Origin: Oculatellaceae cyanobacterium bins.114
GTDB lineage: Bacteria; Cyanobacteriota; Cyanobacteriia; Elainellales; Elainellaceae
NCBI GenBank assembly: GCA_033764315.1
Contig: JANRJA010000130.1
Location: 1 to 55,551 of the forward strand
Direction: 5' to 3'
Length of the DNA stretch: 55,551 nucleotides
Both the position numbers and the translations under genes were made by a program. Positions 50,481 through 55,551 of the stretch are shown here, in pieces. Under the pieces are notes generated by a model. The model was given only the letters and a program-made list of their open reading frames with translations. It searched no databases and was not told where the DNA came from. Numbering within the stretch: position 1 is the stretch's first letter; each line of letters opens with the position of its first letter.

Positions 50481-52234
50481 GTGCGTTCCCTCGTGTCTAC
50501 AGAAACTAATGGAATACCCCAATCTAATCGAGCTGTGAGGCGATCGCTCTGTCGCCACTGCAACCCCAAACCAACTGATATCAAACCATTGGGGTCAGGA
50601 TTTTCGCCCTCAGCGTTCCAACCTACCCCAACATCCATAAACGGGATGAGATGCAAAACGCCGTCAAGCGGGCGCGATCGCAAAATTGGCAACCGCACCT
50701 CTGCTGAGGCTAGAGCACCATTATCCGTCAACAAAAAATCTTGTCGATAGCCGCGTACGCTGGTCTGTCCCCCCAGGCCAAACTGCTCTAAAGACACCAG
50801 AGGCGCATCGGCTAACTGCACCTCACCCCGCACCAACAACAATGTGTCAGGAGCTAACAACCGCACCCATTGAGTTTGTCCACGCCATGCCAAAAAGCGA
50901 CTATCAGGGCCCACCTCATTCACCGTTGAGTCGAGTGCATCTAACCCCAAACTGAACTGCGATCGCGCTGCAAAAACTTCCTGGCTTCTCTGTTGCGTCC
51001 ACTCTTGGGTAAATCGCAACACTGAGACACGAGTTCGTCCCTCTGCATCTGCGCCCACGCCAGGGAAGGGCACAGGCTCTCCAATCAGGTCTTCTAAAAA
51101 CTCACTCTGGCTTTCGCGCCGAGAGGCAGTCAGACTCAATGCAAATTCTTGAGTGGGGGTTTGAAGCAGAGGCTGACGAAAACCCACCTCGTAATAGCGA
51201 GAATCTGATTGAATATCAAGGGCATTAAACGGTTCCTCAACCACATCACTCTGAGCAATCCCATAGTTCAAAATCAACGTGCCATTGCGGGGGTTAAGGG
51301 GGATCACATAACTCGCATCCAAGGCGTCGCTGCCCGAAGTGTTGGCATAACTCACACTCAACACATCTCCCTGACCCAAGAGATTGGCTTGATTCGCTTG
51401 AATCTGCCTACGCCAACTACCCACACTCGGCGATCGCCCATTATTAGTGACCAGTTGCAGACTAAAGGGGTCACTTTCGGTCACCTCTACGTCTAGCACA
51501 CTCGAACCCGGACGAACACTGCTGGATAGCTCAGCCGAGATGTTATTAATTTGAGGATCGATCTGGAGCAGTTGCAATCTTTCTAATAATCGCTGCACGT
51601 TAAACGGGGTCATAGTGGCGATCGCCAATCGGTCGCGCACATAGCTAGAATTTAGCCGACGAGTGCCCGTCACGTTAATCGCCTCAACCCTGCCCTCCAT
51701 AACTTGAATCGTTACCACCCCATTGACAGGTTCTTGAGGCGGCAAAAACGCGCCAGAGTTAATGTAACCCCGACTGACATAGAGTTGCGTCACGGCTGAC
51801 CTCACCTGCAACAGTTCGGCAAAGGTCAGGTTGCGATTGAGATAAGGAGCCGTTAGCGCAGCCCAGTCGGCCTCACCAAACACCGTGCTACCCACAATCT
51901 CAAATCGCTCAACAAAGACCGTTTCCTCACTGGGTGCTGGTTCCGGAGCGGGAGCTACTGGCTCCGTCACCTCAGGAGGTGGAGTATTCAGCAATTCATC
52001 TGCTGGAGCAGGAGTCTCTGGCAGGGAGAGTGGCTCAATCGGCGGTGGCAAAGTGTCTCGCTGGGGCACGGGCGGCACTTGAGCCACTTCACTCCCTAGA
52101 GAGGAATCTAGATTTGGTAAGGCTTGTGCGATCGCCCCACGATGCTGAATCACATCACTTGCAACAGCGCAAACGCTGCCCAAGATGACAAGCCACCCTA
52201 CACGATGCCATTTGTAACATTGACAATTTGGCAT
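50432..52234 (-). CDS. ShlB/FhaC/HecB (TpsB) outer-membrane transporter
   Basis: POTRA (LYVSRGYINSGA), EQFGLGGQTSVRGY barrel loop, terminal Phe. Confidence 0.92.
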   Translation of the reverse strand: MPNCQCYKWHRVGWLVILGSVCAVASDVIQHRGAIAQALPNLDSSLGSEVAQVPPVPQRDTLPPPIEPLSLPETPAPADELLNTPPPEVTEPVAPAPEPAPSEETVFVERFEIVGSTVFGEADWAALTAPYLNRNLTFAELLQVRSAVTQLYVSRGYINSGAFLPPQEPVNGVVTIQVMEGRVEAINVTGTRRLNSSYVRDRLAIATMTPFNVQRLLERLQLLQIDPQINNISAELSSSVRPGSSVLDVEVTESDPFSLQLVTNNGRSPSVGSWRRQIQANQANLLGQGDVLSVSYANTSGSDALDASYVIPLNPRNGTLILNYGIAQSDVVEEPFNALDIQSDSRYYEVGFRQPLLQTPTQEFALSLTASRRESQSEFLEDLIGEPVPFPGVGADAEGRTRVSVLRFTQEWTQQRSQEVFAARSQFSLGLDALDSTVNEVGPDSRFLAWRGQTQWVRLLAPDTLLLVRGEVQLADAPLVSLEQFGLGGQTSVRGYRQDFLLTDNGALASAEVRLPILRSRPLDGVLHLIPFMDVGVGWNAEGENPDPNGLISVGLGLQWRQSDRLTARLDWGIPLVSVDTRERTWQESGVYFSIVYTPF

Positions 52235-52238
52235 TCAA

Positions 52239-52247
52239 CCCTCACAC
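52239..52247 (-). promoter_or_regulatory. Candidate Yfr1 sRNA target site over the tpsB ribosome-binding region
   Basis: mRNA reads GUGUGAGGG 4 nt upstream of the AUG; complementary to the Yfr1 loop ACUCCUCACAC (8 Watson-Crick pairs + 1 G-U). Confidence 0.5.
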
Positions 52248-52452
52248 ACAATCACTCCTGCTGTTCAGAATATACGGTGACAGGAGGATTTTGAAGCTTT
52301 TTCAAAAAAAAGCATTCAATGGCACTCTGACCCCATCAAAACAGCACCTTAAAGGAGATTCCAGTGACATCAAATCGTGGAGTCCTTAAATTCCTCTTAG
52401 GGACAAAACTTTCTAAATATGCATAAGGGGATTTGGTTGAGAAGTACAACAG

Positions 52453-52487
52453 CTTGAATGCAAACACCCACTTGAATGCAAACACCC
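52453..52487 (+). repeat. Tandem 17-bp direct repeat
   Basis: CTTGAATGCAAACACCC at 52453-52469 and 52471-52487. Confidence 0.85.
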
Positions 52488-52523
52488 CATTCCACACCAA
52501 ACCTCAGCAAAGGAGAGCGTGTC

Positions 52524-53609
52524 ATGACGACCTATTTCAGCATCACTCAACTCACTGATAACGATACGTTTGATGGTTTAGCTCAAGTCTCGTCTTTTGG
52601 AGATGTCGTCTGGGAACACGACTTTAGTGACAGCGATATCGACATCCAATATTACAACGGCCTAACTAACACAACATCTACGATTGCAATTGACGTTAAC
52701 AATGAATTCAACCCTCGTATTTCATCCTTTGGAGACGTCGTATACGAGTATGAATATAGCGACACTGACATTGACTTAGGGTTTTATGATGTGCTCACAG
52801 ATACAAGCGACATCATCATTAATAGTGAGAATAATGAGTTGAATGCTCAAATTAATGGTGCCTACATTGTTTATCAGTATCAATACAGCGAAACCGATAG
52901 TGATATCTACCTCTACAACATCGTCGCAGGAACAGAGAGGGCGATCGCCACTACCACACAAAACGAGTTAAACCCTGATATTGAAGGGAACTACGTTGTC
53001 TACGAATCTGAGTTTAGTGAAACTGATTCCGATTTATATTTGCATAACATTGCCTCTGGCATCACAACGGCGATCGCCACATCTGGCAACAACGAACACA
53101 ACGCCCAAGTGTCAGAAAACGGCAACGTCGTTTATGAATATGACTACAGTGAAACCGATACCGATCTTTATCTCTACAACGCCTCTACTGGAGAATCCAC
53201 TGCTTTAGCAAACAGTATCTACGACGAGGTTAACGCCCAAATTGCAGGCAACTATATTGCTTGGCAAGCGTGGGATGGCACGGACTGGGAAGTTTATCGG
53301 CACGACAGCCTGACAGGAAGCACTGTCCAGATTACAGACAACACGGTCGATGACATCGGTGCTCAAGTGTCTACTCAGGGCTATGTCGTCTGGGAGCACT
53401 TCTATAGTGCTTCTGACATTGACATTCATCTGTTTGATGGCAACTCCACTCAATGGCTGGCAGCTAGCTTCAACAACGAAATCAATCCTTATATCTCTGG
53501 TTCTTATGTCAGTTGGCAAGCTTGGGATGGCAGCGACTGGGAAGTGTTTAGAGCACAGTTGTCATCCACTCCGATTGCATCCTCTGTTTCGACCTCTATT
53601 GTGGGATAG
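52524..53609 (+). CDS. Acidic repeat protein, probable 8-bladed beta-propeller
   Basis: Eight ~42-44-aa repeats (NExNxxIxGxYVVYE..SETDxDxYLYN); AAGGAG RBS before ATG 52524. Confidence 0.8.
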   Translation: MTTYFSITQLTDNDTFDGLAQVSSFGDVVWEHDFSDSDIDIQYYNGLTNTTSTIAIDVNNEFNPRISSFGDVVYEYEYSDTDIDLGFYDVLTDTSDIIINSENNELNAQINGAYIVYQYQYSETDSDIYLYNIVAGTERAIATTTQNELNPDIEGNYVVYESEFSETDSDLYLHNIASGITTAIATSGNNEHNAQVSENGNVVYEYDYSETDTDLYLYNASTGESTALANSIYDEVNAQIAGNYIAWQAWDGTDWEVYRHDSLTGSTVQITDNTVDDIGAQVSTQGYVVWEHFYSASDIDIHLFDGNSTQWLAASFNNEINPYISGSYVSWQAWDGSDWEVFRAQLSSTPIASSVSTSIVG

Positions 53610-53686
53610 GGCGACGAATTGAGTGTGCCTAAAGCACGGCTCGGTGTTCAAGCCAGAAAAAAAGTTGAGTACAGCGCAGGAATAGT

Positions 53687-53727
53687 AGCTCTCCGATTTC
53701 TCTCCAGAAGTCAGAGAGCTTTTTTTA
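53687..53727 (+). terminator. Rho-independent terminator
   Basis: AGCTCTC..GAGAGCT stem followed by a T-run. Confidence 0.75.
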
Positions 53728-53847
53728 AGGAGGATACCCGTTCACAGCAAGGGGGGAAATCATCAATCCGATGACATAGTCATAACGAGTACGCATTAGG
53801 TACACTATGAATATGTTGCCCTTAACCATTACAGAGGACTGAGTCCT

Positions 53848-54414
53848 ATGCTCAAGTTTGTTGGTATTGCTGGAAGTTTAAGACCCGATTCCTATAGCCA
53901 ACTCGCTTTGCAAGCTGCTGCACAACGGGTTGAAGCATTAGGAGCCACCGTCGAGGTGCTTGATTTGCGATCGCTCAACTTGCCTTTTTGTCATGGCGGT
54001 GACAGCTATCCTGATTACCCCGATGTTGAAAAGCTACGCCAAGCCTTTCGTCAAGCCGATGGCATTATTCTCTCTACTCCTGAATATCATGGGAGTGTCA
54101 GTGGAGTCCTCAAAAATGCTCTGGATTTAATGAGCTTTAGCGAATTTTCAGACAAGGTGACTGGGTTGATCAGCGTTTTAGGAGGACAGTCCAATAGCAA
54201 CGCCCTCAACGATCTGCGAGTTATCATGCGATGGGTTCACGCCTGGACTATTCCTGAACAGGTGGCCATTGGTCAGGCATGGAAAGCCTTTAATGACGAG
54301 GGTCAACTCACAGATGCCGCCTTGATCAAGCGGTTGGATGAATTTGCTCAAAGTCTGGTCGAAAATACCTATAAGCTGCGGAGCACATCCTACCAAGACA
54401 AGTCTGTCGCGTAA
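53848..54414 (+). CDS. NADPH-dependent FMN reductase
   Basis: AGSLRPDSYS, TPEYHGSVSGVLKNALD. Confidence 0.92.
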   Translation: MLKFVGIAGSLRPDSYSQLALQAAAQRVEALGATVEVLDLRSLNLPFCHGGDSYPDYPDVEKLRQAFRQADGIILSTPEYHGSVSGVLKNALDLMSFSEFSDKVTGLISVLGGQSNSNALNDLRVIMRWVHAWTIPEQVAIGQAWKAFNDEGQLTDAALIKRLDEFAQSLVENTYKLRSTSYQDKSVA

Positions 54415-54571
54415 GCATTACCTTGACCTTGAAATACCGCATTATTGAGAATTGTTAAATGATAGATTGGCGTCTTCTTATGCCGTACTCAGCCAATCTC
54501 AAGATCAATGATTTATTCTCAATAACTAGTGGCATAGCTATCTCAATTATCTGTCGGAGACATTAGGCGAT

Positions 54572-55000
54572 ATGACAACCTCAAAACACGAACAATTTGA
54601 AATCGTTAAATCTGAAACAGAGTGGCAAAAAACTCTGACCCCAGAACAGTTTTATGTGCTGCGCAAACACGGCACTGAGCGGGCAGGCACCAGTCCACTC
54701 GACAAAAACTATGAAACAGGCACCTATACCTGTGCAGGGTGTGGTCAAGCACTATTTACCTCAGGCACTAAATTCAACAGTGGCACGGGTTGGCCCAGTT
54801 TTTATGCGCCCATTGAGGGGGCGATCGCGATCTCTGTCGATCGTTCGCTATTTATGACTCGGGTTGAGGTTCACTGTAGCCGCTGTGGTGGACATTTGGG
54901 TCATGTCTTTGAGGACGGCCCTCGACCCACCGGACAACGCTATTGCATGAATGGAGTTGCGCTTGAATTCACTCCATCGGATTCAGACAGCGTTGCATAG
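54572..55000 (+). CDS. msrB: Peptide-methionine (R)-S-oxide reductase
   Basis: GTERA, two CxxC, SGTGWPSF, GHLGHVFEDGP, RYCMN. Confidence 0.96.
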   Translation: MTTSKHEQFEIVKSETEWQKTLTPEQFYVLRKHGTERAGTSPLDKNYETGTYTCAGCGQALFTSGTKFNSGTGWPSFYAPIEGAIAISVDRSLFMTRVEVHCSRCGGHLGHVFEDGPRPTGQRYCMNGVALEFTPSDSDSVA

Positions 55001-55084
55001 CTTTGGCGCCATCTTTTTCAAGATAGCCTCTTGGTATTGAAGTTTTAGAGCCACTTTACTAATACTTCTTGTGAATACTCTGAC

Positions 55085-55122
55085 AGGCATTAAGCATTCT
55101 GTGAACTGATTGCTTGATGCCT
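55085..55122 (+). terminator. Hairpin downstream of msrB
   Basis: AGGCATTAAGCA / TGCTTGATGCCT followed by ATTTTATT. Confidence 0.55.
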
Positions 55123-55183
55123 ATTTTATTGCTCATACCAATTCCAATTAAAAATACGGTAGATATTTGGGTAGTCCTAAACA

Positions 55184-55222
55184 AGTAAGGATATACCGCT
55201 CGGAGCGTGGCATATCCTTACT
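55184..55222. repeat. REP-like palindrome
   Basis: AGTAAGGATAT..GCTCGGAGC..ATATCCTTACT. Confidence 0.55.
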
Positions 55223-55393
55223 CAAAAATCATTACTTTTAGAAGACTACCAATATTTGAACAAATTTGGTGGTGTCAAACTCTTTCCTAACCCTGATGTA
55301 TTCACAAAGCCCTTTAAACCAGCATTACTCTTTGTATCTGTTGAGTACAACAAAGAGTAAATAATACTTAAAATCTATTCAAAAACCTGTTGT

Positions 55394-55418
55394 GTAGCGT
55401 GGGCAATACCCACCTTAC
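55394..55418. repeat. GTAG-type REP-like palindrome
   Basis: GTAGCGTGGGCAATACCCACCTTAC. Confidence 0.55.
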
Positions 55419-55435
55419 ATCAGTTTCAGAAACCA

Positions 55436-55551
55436 TATAGCAGTCCTAAATCATTTGTGAAATTAGGAGGTTGTGAGAGTCGGGCCCCCCCCGGGGGGGG
55501 CGCGCACCAACCAATTAGTGTTTGGATATTTTTTGGTTTTTTGTTTTGTTG
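55436..55551. repeat. Left end of a TATAGCAGTCCTAAAT-family element, running off the window
   Basis: TATAGCAGTCCTAAATCATTTGTGA..GTTGTGAGAG matches 14691; the sequence then becomes low-complexity. Confidence 0.7.

Larger units (their letters stand above)
1..55551. repeat. HIP1 octamer GCGATCGC dispersed through the window
   Basis: Dozens of occurrences (e.g. 931, 977, 2298, 4541), mostly within genes; about one would be expected by chance in 55 kb. Confidence 0.95.

Noticed and set aside
13244..52523. Longer N-termini in the ORF track (13244, 15501, 36572, 39040, 40678, 46306, 50558, 52476)
   Set aside because: Extensions overlap neighbours or precede the family N-terminus; downstream starts fit better
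305..54857. Many 60-130-aa ORFs overlapping the called genes
   Set aside because: Alternate-frame or antisense shadows of well-supported genes, with no motifs or RBS support
55480..55551. C/G homopolymer hairpin and T/G-rich tail as a biological signal
   Set aside because: Lies at the very end of the sequence inside a repeat element and looks like low-quality contig-end sequence

Overview
A 55.5-kb stretch of cyanobacterial chromosome: HIP1 (GCGATCGC) occurs throughout, and the hormogonium-polysaccharide and gas-vesicle genes point to a filamentous taxon. It starts inside an ISAs1-like transposase and ends inside a MITE-like repeat, so it may be a whole contig. Left to right it holds: a methyltransferase, a sugar-phosphate nucleotidyltransferase and ssb; an extended gas-vesicle locus (GvpF/L-type gene, tandem ArsA/GET3 ATPase, Cdc48-like double-AAA ATPase, gvpA-C-N-J, two tiny ORFs, gvpK-F-G); an hpsL/N/O/P-like glycosyltransferase operon; housekeeping genes (UDG, sdhA, pseudouridine synthase, PP2C, rpsD, moaA, K+ channel); a protoglobin / Roadblock / MglA-like GTPase / DUF4388 operon facing a His-tailed ferrochelatase; aldo-keto reductase, DUF151 and riboflavin synthase; a MinD-like ATPase with a CHASE2 receptor next to DUF928, pentapeptide-repeat, TPR-CHAT and TpsB genes; an acidic beta-propeller protein, an FMN reductase and msrB. 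The best candidates for undescribed systems are (1) a CHASE2 receptor with no enzymatic output but a thrice-repeated helical peptide, directly upstream of an atypical RGGTGKS MinD ATPase; (2) a globin-fed small-GTPase switch; and (3) a gas-vesicle locus in which GvpC and GvpN both end in a homologous winged-helix domain and which carries GET3-like and p97-like ATPases. All family assignments come from motif recognition by eye; no database searches were run. No tRNA, rRNA or CRISPR array was seen.
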